This document shows, one piece after another, positions 19,105 to 28,330 of a stretch of DNA of 64,000 bases. A model generated the notes under the pieces. It ran no database searches. It saw nothing but the letters and a program-made list of their open reading frames with translations, and was not told the origin of the DNA. The position numbers and the translations under genes are program-made. Origin of the DNA: an uncultured Dehalococcoidia bacterium. GTDB lineage: Bacteria; Chloroflexota; Dehalococcoidia; Lucifugimonadales; UBA3495. Numbering within the stretch: the first letter of the stretch is position 1; each line of letters begins with the position of its first letter. The stretch is from contig CATMOE010000002.1 in assembly GCA_950072105.1 (NCBI GenBank), positions 64,001 through 128,000 of the forward strand, given 5' to 3'.

Positions 19105-20481
19105 CTAATTCCACGACCAAAAAGCCAGCGACCCAGCTCCAACCTCCACCGGCTCGGAAGACCCGCTGGCTTCGACGACGAATATCCTGGGCCCCGGCGG
19201 CGTAGAACCGTTTCGGCCCTCTCTAGACCGGTTCGGGACGATCGCCAAGACCAGACGAGAGCTGTCGGGAGACCAGGGGGAGTGGGAATAAGCGTATTGA
19301 TCAAAAAAGCTCAGCGTGACCAGCATGTCGTTTGATGGTTGAGCGCGCAGCAGTTCCCGGGCCTCGCCTCCTTCGACGGTTGCGGCCCACCAAACGAACT
19401 CCCTGTTACCGCCATCCAGTCCCACCCAGGCAAGCATCTCCCCATTGGGCGACCAATAGAACGCAATGATGCGGCCCTCCGCCACGGTCTTGATCGAACC
19501 ACCATCACCGGGGACAACCCTCAGCCTATTAAAGGTGGGCGCATTGTCGTTCTGTTGGTCCGCCACCGCCAAGTCTCCACCTTGAGGAGACCAAGCGAAA
19601 GCTGCCCTGGAACCGATGTCAAGTGCATTTCTGGCGGTACCGGTAGCGCCCGTCTCGGCGATCAGCAATGACCCCGAGGTCGCACCAGTTCCCATATAAG
19701 CCATATATCTGCCGTCGGGGGACAGGGCCGGCACGCGAAACCCCGGATCGGCGTCGATAGGCTGACCCGATGAAGCACCGAAAGGCCGGGTCAAAAATTT
19801 AAGCTCATCGCCCACGTGCAACAGCATCGATTGGCCGTCCGCTCCCCAATGGAAGTACAGGGGCGCTCCTGACTCGATCACCGTTGGATCGGTCAATGAT
19901 TCCGTGTCGGCGGCGAATAGGGTTAATCCTTGTGGAGTACTGGCTAGCACTGCCAAAGTCCGGCTATCAGGCGACCAATAAAGGTAATGGGGCGCATTCT
20001 CAGCCACCAAGCCGGGGACTTCGTTCCGAAATACGGTAGTGGCCGCTCCTGTCGCCGCATCTATAACTTGGACAGATATCTCGGGCTGTCCATCGGTTAC
20101 CTCCATCAAAGAAGCCGCCAGTTTTTTCCCATCGGGCGACCACGTCGGCCAGGAGTAGAAGAAATTCACGCCGCGTGGCTGAGCCATCACCGCGCCTAAA
20201 GGACCTCCCTGCACCTGGGTGTCTCCCGCAAGCTTTAGTTGCTCAGAACCGTCGGGGTTCACCAGGAACAGTTCACCGTCCGTTGTCATGAAAGCAATCC
20301 GGTCTACGGCCACCTCTTCGCTCTCTCCTTGCTCGACGATCCCAGGCTCCACCACTTTGTCAAGTTGTTCTTCGACCGGTTCGCTGGTCCCATTACAAGC
20401 GAGAGCCAGCGTCAATAACGAAAGTATAATTACCCAGCCGCCGGTTTTCTTCCCGCTGTAGGAGACCCGATCCAAGTCCAT
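19105..20481 (-). CDS. TolB-like (PD40) beta-propeller lipoprotein
   Basis: Lipobox ALAC; repeated WSPDG/WSP motifs. Confidence 0.8.
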   Translation of the reverse strand: MDLDRVSYSGKKTGGWVIILSLLTLALACNGTSEPVEEQLDKVVEPGIVEQGESEEVAVDRIAFMTTDGELFLVNPDGSEQLKLAGDTQVQGGPLGAVMAQPRGVNFFYSWPTWSPDGKKLAASLMEVTDGQPEISVQVIDAATGAATTVFRNEVPGLVAENAPHYLYWSPDSRTLAVLASTPQGLTLFAADTESLTDPTVIESGAPLYFHWGADGQSMLLHVGDELKFLTRPFGASSGQPIDADPGFRVPALSPDGRYMAYMGTGATSGSLLIAETGATGTARNALDIGSRAAFAWSPQGGDLAVADQQNDNAPTFNRLRVVPGDGGSIKTVAEGRIIAFYWSPNGEMLAWVGLDGGNREFVWWAATVEGGEARELLRAQPSNDMLVTLSFFDQYAYSHSPWSPDSSRLVLAIVPNRSREGRNGSTPPGPRIFVVEASGSSEPVEVGAGSLAFWSWN

Positions 20482-20898
20482 TACCTTCTCTTAGACGGTA
20501 TCTCCCCAACCTTCACTATTTCCCCGCAGCCGCTCCGCCTCATCTTAGCCGCCTCAGGATACCACCCGCCTTTCCCCCCCGCAACGCCGATATTGGCATG
20601 CTTCCGCGGCTTCTAATACGCCAGCCTCAACTCGAATTCCCAGTGGATAACTGACATTTACTTGTTGACAATTTCCAGTTCGGCATGTATTACTGGTCCT
20701 CCTCAATACGAACGTCTTCAAGGCCGTGCACACATACCAACTTATTCCCAACTCTGTCAACTCCTGGCGCCAAGTACTCCACTCTCCGAAATATCTACGC
20801 CATGTTAAAATAACAAGAGCCACCTACAAACTCGCACCCTTCACCCAAGTTCTCCACACTGTCAACGCTATTATTATTACTCTATAGGTTAGGTCCAT

Positions 20899-22185
20899 TT
20901 GATTGATACAGTTAGACTAAATATTCACGCCGGTAGTGGCGGAAACGGTTGTATCAGCTTTCTGCGTGAAAAGTACCGCCCTAACGGAGGCCCGAATGGT
21001 GGCGATGGGGGTGGCGGTGGCAGTGCGTACATCAGCGGCGACTCTTCGTTTAATACCCTGCTACACCTGAAGTTCACGAGTACTATCTACGTAGAACGGG
21101 GTGGCCATGGACGTGGTAAAGACCGTACGGGACGGAATGGTCAGGACCAGATCATCCGCGTGCCAATGGGAACGTTGATCTGGAAAGAAGATGAGGACGG
21201 GGAGAGGTTCTTGTTGGCGGATATCTGTGATACATCTCCAGTAATGGTCGCTCAGGGGGGACGGGGCGGTTGGGGGAACACTCGCTTTGTATCGCCGACC
21301 AACCAAGAACCGTTGTTGGCCCAAAATGGTGACCGCGGGGACCGGGAAATCTTATTTCTCGAGTTGAAGCTGCTAGCGGATGTGGGGCTTTTGGCATGTC
21401 CTAACGCGGGCAAGTCGACATTGATCTCCCGGTGTTCCAGAGCAAAACCCAAAGTCGCCGAGTATCCGTTCACGACAGTCGAACCGGTGTTGGGCGTGGT
21501 AAGCGCCCATGGGCAAGATTTCGTCATGATGGAAGTTCCTGGATTATTGGAAGGGGCACATAGCGGGGTGGGATTGGGGCACCAATTTCTGAGGCATGCT
21601 GAAAGGGCTAGGGTTTATATCCATGTAGTCGATGGATTGGCCGAAGATCCTGGCCGGCAATACCAGATGCTCAATAATGAACTGCGCCAGTTTAGTGAGA
21701 AACTAGCGGAAAAACCCCAGGTCGTCGTCGTCAACAAGATGGATCTCACCGACGTGAAAGAACTGCAGGACGAGATTGCTGACTCGATACGCCAACGGGC
21801 CAAAGAGGATGGAATAGACGACTTGGATGTGTTGTTCATGTCGGCTGTAACCGGAGAGGGAGTGAACGAGGTCTTGGGAAAGGTTGTGGAGTTGCTTGCG
21901 GCGACGGCCAAAGAGGCTGCAGAACAAGAGATCGTGCCGGAACCGGTGAAGTGGGGGCAAAGCAAGAGGACCCCGATCCGAGTCAGTCGAGAAGATGGAG
22001 TATTCGTTGTGCAAGCCCAGGAATTGGAGCGGCTGGTCGGCATGGCCGATACCAGGGATAGGCGCGTCTTATTGCAGCTATGGGACCAGATGAACAAGAA
22101 TGGTGTAGCCAGAATGTTGGAGGATGCGGGAATAGAGGCGGGCGATACAATAAGGATCGGCAATTCCGAGATCGGGTGGTTCTAG
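20899..22185 (+). CDS. obgE: GTPase ObgE/CgtA with C-terminal DUF1967-type domain
   Basis: Gly-rich GSGGNG..SF.REK...GGP.GGDGG, LELKLLADVG, PNAGKST, YPFTT, GLGHQFLRH, NKMD. Confidence 0.95.
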   Translation: MIDTVRLNIHAGSGGNGCISFLREKYRPNGGPNGGDGGGGGSAYISGDSSFNTLLHLKFTSTIYVERGGHGRGKDRTGRNGQDQIIRVPMGTLIWKEDEDGERFLLADICDTSPVMVAQGGRGGWGNTRFVSPTNQEPLLAQNGDRGDREILFLELKLLADVGLLACPNAGKSTLISRCSRAKPKVAEYPFTTVEPVLGVVSAHGQDFVMMEVPGLLEGAHSGVGLGHQFLRHAERARVYIHVVDGLAEDPGRQYQMLNNELRQFSEKLAEKPQVVVVNKMDLTDVKELQDEIADSIRQRAKEDGIDDLDVLFMSAVTGEGVNEVLGKVVELLAATAKEAAEQEIVPEPVKWGQSKRTPIRVSREDGVFVVQAQELERLVGMADTRDRRVLLQLWDQMNKNGVARMLEDAGIEAGDTIRIGNSEIGWF

Positions 22186-22186
22186 C

Positions 22187-22792
22187 GTGCGGGTAGGTGT
22201 TCTTGGGGGAACCTTTGATCCGATCCATCTGGGACACCTAAAGATCGCTGAAGAAGTCCGGCTTAAGCTGGACCTGGAGCGAGTCCTGTTCATCCCCACG
22301 GGACAGCCAAGGTTGAGAGTGGATGAGTTCCTGTCGCCGGTGGCGGACCGGCTGCGCATGGTGGAGCTGGCGACGTCCGACGATCCGTATTTCCAGGTTT
22401 GTGACAACGAGACGCGGCGCAGCGGACCAACGTATACCGTGGATACACTGATCGAGTTGCGAGACAGCCTGGGGACAGACGCGGCTTTGTACTTTATCGT
22501 CGGAGTAGATATTCTGAGCCGGTTTCAAGACTGGAAGGAGCCGGAGCGGGTACTGGAACTGTGCAATCTGGTGGTGGTGACCCGTCCGGGTTACGAAGAT
22601 TTTGAATGGCCCGCCTGGTTAAGCAGTTTCCCCCAGGCCGCTGACCGGTTGACACGGTTGGATACGACCATGGTGGATATTAGCGGGACTGAGATCCGGC
22701 GCCGAAGTGGGCAAGGGAAATCGGTGCGCGAGTTGGTCCCTGACTCGGTGGCGGAGTATATTCAAGAGCGGAACTTATACGCGCGTCAATAG
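22187..22792 (+). CDS. nadD: Nicotinate-nucleotide adenylyltransferase
   Basis: GGTFDPIHLGH, YTVDTL, FIVG.D, IS.TEIR. Confidence 0.95.
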   Translation: MRVGVLGGTFDPIHLGHLKIAEEVRLKLDLERVLFIPTGQPRLRVDEFLSPVADRLRMVELATSDDPYFQVCDNETRRSGPTYTVDTLIELRDSLGTDAALYFIVGVDILSRFQDWKEPERVLELCNLVVVTRPGYEDFEWPAWLSSFPQAADRLTRLDTTMVDISGTEIRRRSGQGKSVRELVPDSVAEYIQERNLYARQ

Positions 22793-22829
22793 CTCAGATA
22801 CGTTCGTATGAATCTGGGAGGTGGAGTAA

Positions 22830-23399
22830 GTGAGCGAAGGGGTTGACCGTCTTCTCCAGTTGGCGTTGGAGAAAGGCGCGCTGAAGTACGGAGATTTTAC
22901 CCTCACTTCGGGCAAAAAGAGCACCTACTATTTCGACGGACGGCTGCTGAGTTTGGACCCGGAAGGGGCCTATTTGATCTCCCGATCCCTACTGCCCGTG
23001 CTGCGGCAAGCCGGTGCGGAGGCTGTGGGAGGTCCGACCTTGGGGGCCGACCCGATCGTCGCGTCCATCGCTCTAGCCAGCTACATCAACGAAACGCCGA
23101 TACCGGCCTTCATCGTCAGGAAGGAAGCCAAGAGTCATGGCACGGGCAAAGGAGTAGAAGGCCCACTGAAGGTGGGCAGCAAGGTAGCTATCATAGACGA
23201 CACCTGCACCACCGGAGGGTCTCTCTTCCAAGCTATCGAAGCGGCCGAGGGAGAGGGCTGTGTCGTCGTGAAAGTGGTGGCTGTGTTGGATCGCCGGGAG
23301 GGTGGGGGAGAGGAGATACGGAGACGAGGCTACGACTTTATCGCCTTGTTGGAGGCCGATCCCGACGGGAAGATTCAGGTAGCCGCCGAATTTATGTAG
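22830..23399 (+). CDS. pyrE: Orotate phosphoribosyltransferase
   Basis: GDFTLTSGKKS.YYFD, VRKEAK.HG, PRPP motif IIDDTCTTGGS. Confidence 0.95.
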   Translation: MSEGVDRLLQLALEKGALKYGDFTLTSGKKSTYYFDGRLLSLDPEGAYLISRSLLPVLRQAGAEAVGGPTLGADPIVASIALASYINETPIPAFIVRKEAKSHGTGKGVEGPLKVGSKVAIIDDTCTTGGSLFQAIEAAEGEGCVVVKVVAVLDRREGGGEEIRRRGYDFIALLEADPDGKIQVAAEFM

Positions 23400-23418
23400 C
23401 AGATAGTTAGTAGCTGGG

Positions 23419-24507
23419 TTAGCTAATCTTGTCCGGTCCGAACAGATGGGGCAGGGCCGTGATCTCAGCCTGGCCGCTGGAAGGATCGGCAAGCTCCAAG
23501 ACGTTGCCCGGCGATGCGCTGGCTTTCCGCACGTACGCCATACCGACCAGGCCTAGGCCGTTGGGTAGTTTGGTCACCGAAGTAACCTTACCCACGTCAT
23601 GGCCGTCATCGTTCAAAGTGTCGCCCTCGGACACGGTGGCGTCCGCGGAAAACTCCAGCCGTACCAGGTGCTTCTGTATCTTCTGGTAAGTGTCCAGCCT
23701 GGCGATGACTTCCTGGCCGATGTAGCAGCCCTTGGCGAAATCGATGGACCCGATAAGTCCGGCCTCCAAGGGATTATAAGATTCGCCAAGTTCATGGCCG
23801 TACGCGGGCACGGCGTAGCTCAAGCGAACCGCTTCAAGGGCCTCTTCTCCCACCGGCGGGACTCCCGACTTCGATAGGTGATCCCAAACGCCGGCTGAGG
23901 CGTCCGGATCCATCAAGAGATCGAAGCTGGGGAGTCCCCCAAAAGGGCGATTGACTATGCGAACTTGGTGGCCGGCCATTTCCGCAGTAACTGAATGATA
24001 GGGCGGCAATTCGTTCAGTGAGGTTCCTGCCGCCGATTCCACCGCAGCTTTGCTGGCCGGCCCCAAAACCGACAGCATGGTGGATTCCCCGGTGATATCC
24101 TCGACGACGAGGTCCTCCATTATCGTGTATTTGTCCAGCCAGTCGATCACCTGCTGTTGGGCTCCAGGGCTGGTGATTAACAATATATAGTCGTCAACGT
24201 TGACCACCCCGATCAAGTCCAGGATGCGTCCCCGGGCGGTGGTCAGGATGGTTGGAGCTCCTTGCCCCGGCTGTAGGTCCAACACTTTGTTGGTGGACAA
24301 TCGGTTCAGCAGATCCAAGCCGTCGGCCCCGATGGCCCTGAGCCGTCCCGTGTAGGAGGCGTCGTGAACGCCCGCCGCTGTTGTTAAGGCCAGGTACTCT
24401 TCTTCGACGGTGCTATACACCGTGGCTAGGTCCCAACCGTGGCGCTCCTGAAATGCTGCTCCAGTGGCGGCGGCAACGGGATGGAGGGCTGAACGCCGTA
24501 GAGCCAT
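23419..24507 (-). CDS. ygfZ: YgfZ/GcvT-family folate-binding protein (Fe-S cluster maturation)
   Basis: Signature KGCYIGQEVIAR; GcvT-like N-terminus. Confidence 0.8.
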   Translation of the reverse strand: MALRRSALHPVAAATGAAFQERHGWDLATVYSTVEEEYLALTTAAGVHDASYTGRLRAIGADGLDLLNRLSTNKVLDLQPGQGAPTILTTARGRILDLIGVVNVDDYILLITSPGAQQQVIDWLDKYTIMEDLVVEDITGESTMLSVLGPASKAAVESAAGTSLNELPPYHSVTAEMAGHQVRIVNRPFGGLPSFDLLMDPDASAGVWDHLSKSGVPPVGEEALEAVRLSYAVPAYGHELGESYNPLEAGLIGSIDFAKGCYIGQEVIARLDTYQKIQKHLVRLEFSADATVSEGDTLNDDGHDVGKVTSVTKLPNGLGLVGMAYVRKASASPGNVLELADPSSGQAEITALPHLFGPDKIS

Positions 24508-24532
24508 TGTGTCCTCCGAATCATCCGGAATT

Positions 24533-24574
24533 TAAAAGACGCCGCCTGTCTCTCGATAGGGCGGCGTCTAAAAG
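24533..24574 (-). terminator. Rho-independent terminator after iscA
   Basis: AGACGCCGCC/GGCGGCGTCT stem followed by TTTT on the minus strand. Confidence 0.65.
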
Positions 24575-24591
24575 TTCAGTTGTGGTTGACG

Positions 24592-24948
24592 CTAAACGCT
24601 AAAGGAAGTGCCGCAACCGCAAGATGTCTTGGCGTTGGGATTGGTAAAGACGAATCCCTTACCGTTGAGACCGTCGGAGAACTCCAACTCTGTCCCAACC
24701 AGATAGATGTAGCTTTTCTTGTCGACCATAACCTTTACGCCATGCTGCTCGATGGTCTTGTCGCTCTCCAATTCCTGGTCGGTGATCTGCAGATCATAGG
24801 TCAACCCGGAACAGCCGCCGCCTTTGACCGAGACCCTTACGCCTACGTTCTCTTCGATACCTTGCTTATCCGCGAAGTATTTTATCTTAGTGGCCGCCAA
24901 CTCGCTGATCTTAACGCCCAGTTCGACGCCGTCCATTGTGATAGCCAT
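24592..24948 (-). CDS. iscA: A-type Fe-S carrier protein (IscA/HesB family)
   Basis: GGGCSG.TY, NPNA..SCGCG.SF. Confidence 0.92.
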   Translation of the reverse strand: MAITMDGVELGVKISELAATKIKYFADKQGIEENVGVRVSVKGGGCSGLTYDLQITDQELESDKTIEQHGVKVMVDKKSYIYLVGTELEFSDGLNGKGFVFTNPNAKTSCGCGTSFSV

Positions 24949-24993
24949 TGTATCCTCCAGAGCACTGCAATCCCGTACGGGTTAGCTAGTCTT

Positions 24994-25023
24994 ATTCTAG
25001 GTGGGAAGCGGGTTGCAAGTCAA
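24994..25023 (-). promoter_or_regulatory. Putative sigma70 promoter of iscA
   Basis: TTGACT-18 nt-TAGAAT on the minus strand. Confidence 0.45.
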
Positions 25024-25024
25024 G

Positions 25025-26071
25025 CTAAGATGACGTGGTCAAGACGGCAGAAAGAGCTTCCATGTCTAAGTTTTGCCGCATGAGCTGGCCGAACCTTTCT
25101 ACCTTAGTTCGGGAGTAAGGCGTGGCCCGTTCCAAAACGCCCGCTAGGGCCTCGGCGGTGCTCAGCGTGCTTTCCGTCACCGAGATCAACGGCACGTCCT
25201 TTTCCAAGGCTTCGGCTTTAACGTAGTCCGAGGGCTCGGAGCCGCCGGTTAATACCAGGCATTTGGTGTCTTCCATCAAGCTGGCCATCTGGATATCGGG
25301 CCGCTCCGCCCGGACGATCACTGCCTGGTTGGCGTAGCGTCCATAGTATGTGTGTCCAGCGTCCATTATGTTGCCGCCCAACAAGAACCGGTCGATGCAG
25401 GCGTCCGTGTTCACCGGGTCTTGGATCCACCGCCCGCCTAGCTGCTCGGAGATCTGCTGCACAGTCACTCCCAGCATGACACGGTCTTCGGGGATAGCGC
25501 CAAATACCGTTGCTCCGGCGGCGCGCAGTTGAGCCAGTGATCCCCGCTCAACGTCTCGTTGCCGATAGCTAGTCACGCCGTTGATGACAAGTCCGGACAA
25601 GCCTGGGGAAAAGCTCTCGGCGGCGCTTAGCACCGTCTGGAAGTCCAGTCCGTTAGCGTAGGGGAATATCAACAAGGCCGGGCACGCCAACAGATCGGTC
25701 AGGTCGATAGGCAGGGACCAAGGCTCTCCATCCGGTGACACGGCGTCGGGGCCCTCGATCAGGACTACGCCGGCGGTACTTTGAATTTCTGATAGACACT
25801 GACGGATGGTTTGGGATTGTTCCTCCGGCAGGAGCGGGCCGTTAGAGCCGTTCCTCGGCAGCGCCAAAGGCGTAGGAACCGGCGGGCCGTCCGTACCGGC
25901 AAGGATCGTTTCGGAGATAAATGAGATATCCGGGTCGTTGTCCGGGGAGGTGGAGAATGGTTTGTAATAGGCCACTCTCCGGCCTTCAGCGAGCAGCTGG
26001 GTCAGAAGCGCCGCTACCAGGCTGGTCTTGCCGGAGCCGGAAAGATGGGCGGAGACTAGCAATACTCCCAA
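25025..26071 (-). CDS. Phosphotransacetylase N-terminal-like protein (BioD-like P-loop + DRTGG domain)
   Basis: GSGKT, YYKP, VLIEG, G.IPED..., R.DIQ.A, CLVLTGG. Confidence 0.8.
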   Translation of the reverse strand: MGVLLVSAHLSGSGKTSLVAALLTQLLAEGRRVAYYKPFSTSPDNDPDISFISETILAGTDGPPVPTPLALPRNGSNGPLLPEEQSQTIRQCLSEIQSTAGVVLIEGPDAVSPDGEPWSLPIDLTDLLACPALLIFPYANGLDFQTVLSAAESFSPGLSGLVINGVTSYRQRDVERGSLAQLRAAGATVFGAIPEDRVMLGVTVQQISEQLGGRWIQDPVNTDACIDRFLLGGNIMDAGHTYYGRYANQAVIVRAERPDIQMASLMEDTKCLVLTGGSEPSDYVKAEALEKDVPLISVTESTLSTAEALAGVLERATPYSRTKVERFGQLMRQNLDMEALSAVLTTSS

Positions 26072-26116
26072 GAAAACCTCCCGGGGTATACCGGCGGAAC
26101 TGATGTATTCAGAACT

Positions 26117-26818
26117 TCAGTCCAGCACATCCTTCTCACCGGTGTGGTAGGGATCGAAACCCTGGGGAAATCGAGTGGTATCGTCGAACTTGGCCATGCT
26201 GAGGTCGGAACGGTGGAGACTGGCCCGGTCGAAGTTAGCACCCCTCATGTCGGACATAGTCCACATAGAATCGCGTATCATCGCCTTGGTAAAGTCCGCG
26301 CCGGTCATCACCGCCCGGTCCATGTCCGCCCCGTTCATGTTGGCCGACTGAAAGCAAGCGTTGGTCAGATCCGTGCCGCGAAGGTCTACTTCCAACATGG
26401 TCGCCATGCTAAAGTCGGCCCCGGTCAGGTCGGCGCTTAGGAAGCAGGCACGCACCACACGGCTCCAGCGAAGGTTGGCTCCTCGTAGCGAAGCCCGCTT
26501 AACGTCGGCCCAATACAGATTAACGTTGGTCAAGTTTGCGCCTTCCAAGTTTGCGCCGGCTAGAGTAGCCCTGCCCATATCGGCGCCTTCTAAGTTAGCG
26601 CTGGTGAGGTCCGCGCCGGCAAAGCTGGCCCGGAAGAGAGATGCTCCGGCAAGAGAGGCGCCGCTCAGGTTGGCGTTCCTGATCTTACACTCTTTTAGAT
26701 CGGCGCCGGATAGGTCTACGCCTTCCAGGTCCAAAGCGACTCCCGGGTTCTCTTCACGCCAATCGGCGATGGACTTGGGGCCGGCTTTGACCACCGCTAG
26801 ATGCTCTTGGTTGGCCAC
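26117..26818 (-). CDS. Pentapeptide repeat protein
   Basis: Extensive A[D/N]L.. repeats; N-terminal EHL.....G....WR. Confidence 0.92.
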   Translation of the reverse strand: MANQEHLAVVKAGPKSIADWREENPGVALDLEGVDLSGADLKECKIRNANLSGASLAGASLFRASFAGADLTSANLEGADMGRATLAGANLEGANLTNVNLYWADVKRASLRGANLRWSRVVRACFLSADLTGADFSMATMLEVDLRGTDLTNACFQSANMNGADMDRAVMTGADFTKAMIRDSMWTMSDMRGANFDRASLHRSDLSMAKFDDTTRFPQGFDPYHTGEKDVLD

Positions 26819-26921
26819 TAGTTACGCTCCATGTATCAGTGCTTCACAAAATATGCAGCCCTGGAAAAGACCCCAGAGCTGCATCCCAACGAAGTTATCC
26901 TAAGTTGGCCTAGGCACGCTA

Positions 26922-27221
26922 TTATCCGCTGGCCACCGCCGTATCGAACTCGAATATCTTCTCGGCGACCATCATTTTTAGCTCGTTGATCTTGGTGAGG
27001 TTGGGGAACCCGTTGGGGTCGGCCTTGCGGTCGAAGATCAACTCCCCGTTCAGCATGACTTCAAGCCTGCCTTGATGGACCGGGGTTAGCTTGATCGCCA
27101 CATCTCCGGGGTCATGGGCGGTCCACAACTCGGTCGCCATCCACGAGGCGACGGGATAGTAGCCTCAAGCCAAGCAGTAGATGACTTCAATCTCCACTTT
27201 GCCATACTCTGGATCCGGCAT
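26922..27221 (-). CDS. SelW/SelT/SelH (Rdx family) selenoprotein, CxxU
   Basis: AGGAGG RBS, ATG at 27221, MPDPEYGKVEIEVIYCLA-TGA(27167-27165)-GYYPVASWMATEL...GRLEV..NGELIF....GFP; hairpin directly after the UGA. Confidence 0.85.
27133..27152 (-). promoter_or_regulatory. Putative bacterial SECIS element
   Basis: GUCGCC-UCGUGGAU-GGCGAC stem-loop starting 12 nt after the in-frame UGA. Confidence 0.65.
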
Positions 27222-27321
27222 GTTCCTCCTAAGTTAAGGACCGATATATTCGCAGTGTAATCATTCCGTATATTGGATGCAACCGGACTAACACCCGGTG
27301 CTTTGATCTACGGCGGCGTTG

Positions 27322-27741
27322 CTAAACGATGGCGGTACCGATGCCGGCGGCGGTCCTGTCATGGTTCTGGTTTTCGCAGTGGAGGTCCACCGTGATTTCC
27401 GTCCCATTCTCAACCTGCCGCTGGCTGCTGACCGAGCCAGTGACGGTAATGGTATCCCCGTTCTTCACCGGGCGCAGAAACTTGAGATTGACGCTGCCGG
27501 TGTGATGAAAGACGTCGGGGCCGAAGAACTTGCGCATGGCTTCAGAAGCAAAGGCTATGGACATACGGCCGGAAGCCAGCGTATAGGTGGTGCCCAAGCG
27601 TTGCTTGGCCAGTTCTTCGTTGTTGTGGATATTTTCGCGCTCCAGAATCGCACAGGACTCGAACTGGAGAATACTTTCCGTGGTCACGGATTTGGTAACC
27701 GAGGGAATCTGAGCGCCGATCTCTATGTTTGTGGATTCCAT
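27322..27741 (-). CDS. MaoC family dehydratase
   Basis: NIHNN, ASG, LKFLRPVKNGDTITVTG. Confidence 0.85.
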   Translation of the reverse strand: MESTNIEIGAQIPSVTKSVTTESILQFESCAILERENIHNNEELAKQRLGTTYTLASGRMSIAFASEAMRKFFGPDVFHHTGSVNLKFLRPVKNGDTITVTGSVSSQRQVENGTEITVDLHCENQNHDRTAAGIGTAIV

Positions 27742-28148
27742 TTCTTTCCTACCTCATCGGGTTTTTTCATTTGATACGTCTTAAGCCTTTCCAACAACCG
27801 CCCGTCCTCATCAGTGGCTGTGGCCTCGATCACCAGATAGGGCTTGTCCCGGCGAAGGTACTTGTCGGCGATGCGGCCTTTGACGAAGATTTTCTTGCCG
27901 GGGATGGGTGGGTTGAAAAACTCAACCTCGTTGCCCGCGTTTACACCGCCGGTGGTGTCGTTATAAACTATGTTCAGAGCGGTGGCATCGTGCTTGACGG
28001 CGAGTGTCGGAAAGCAGGCTTCAGGGTCGTCGATGGAAGCGCGGAAGTTGTCCAGCATTTCCTGGGTGAGGAGGTATTCGTAGGAGCCCAACTCCTCACC
28101 AATCTCCAGCTTGTCGTAGTCTAATATCTTCAGTGGTTGCTCGGCCAT
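27723..28148 (-). CDS. MaoC-like (hot-dog) dehydratase partner subunit
   Basis: EFFNPP.PG.....GRIADKY.RR.K.Y; overlaps the downstream MaoC gene; AGGAG RBS before ATG 28148. Confidence 0.8.
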   Translation of the reverse strand: MAEQPLKILDYDKLEIGEELGSYEYLLTQEMLDNFRASIDDPEACFPTLAVKHDATALNIVYNDTTGGVNAGNEVEFFNPPIPGKKIFVKGRIADKYLRRDKPYLVIEATATDEDGRLLERLKTYQMKKPDEVGKKWNPQT

Positions 28149-28330
28149 TTGCAATCTCCTCCTGGCTGTTGGGTGTCCGGCGAGCCTGACGTATTCTATC
28201 ATGTAACCGCCTAGCTCGGCGTCGTCGTGATCGGCCCCAGATGGGTTTGTCCTTAGCTCCCGCCATAGCCTATAATGAGCTTACCGATCCGGCCGGATGG
28301 ATGATTGTTGCAAGGAAAGCACAAAAGAGT

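Noticed and set aside
18286..19335. Long antisense ORFs (e.g. 18286-19335, 42311-43630, 62694-63746, 8954-9556)
   Set aside because: Shadow ORFs opposite well-supported genes in GC-rich DNA, with no recognisable motifs
20482..20898. Gene or ncRNA in the 400-nt gap before obgE
   Set aside because: Only weak ORFs and no recognisable structure; consistent with a divergent promoter region
23419..24507. Second gcvT
   Set aside because: Carries the YgfZ KGCY.GQE signature and lacks the TGYTGE.G.E motif of GcvT
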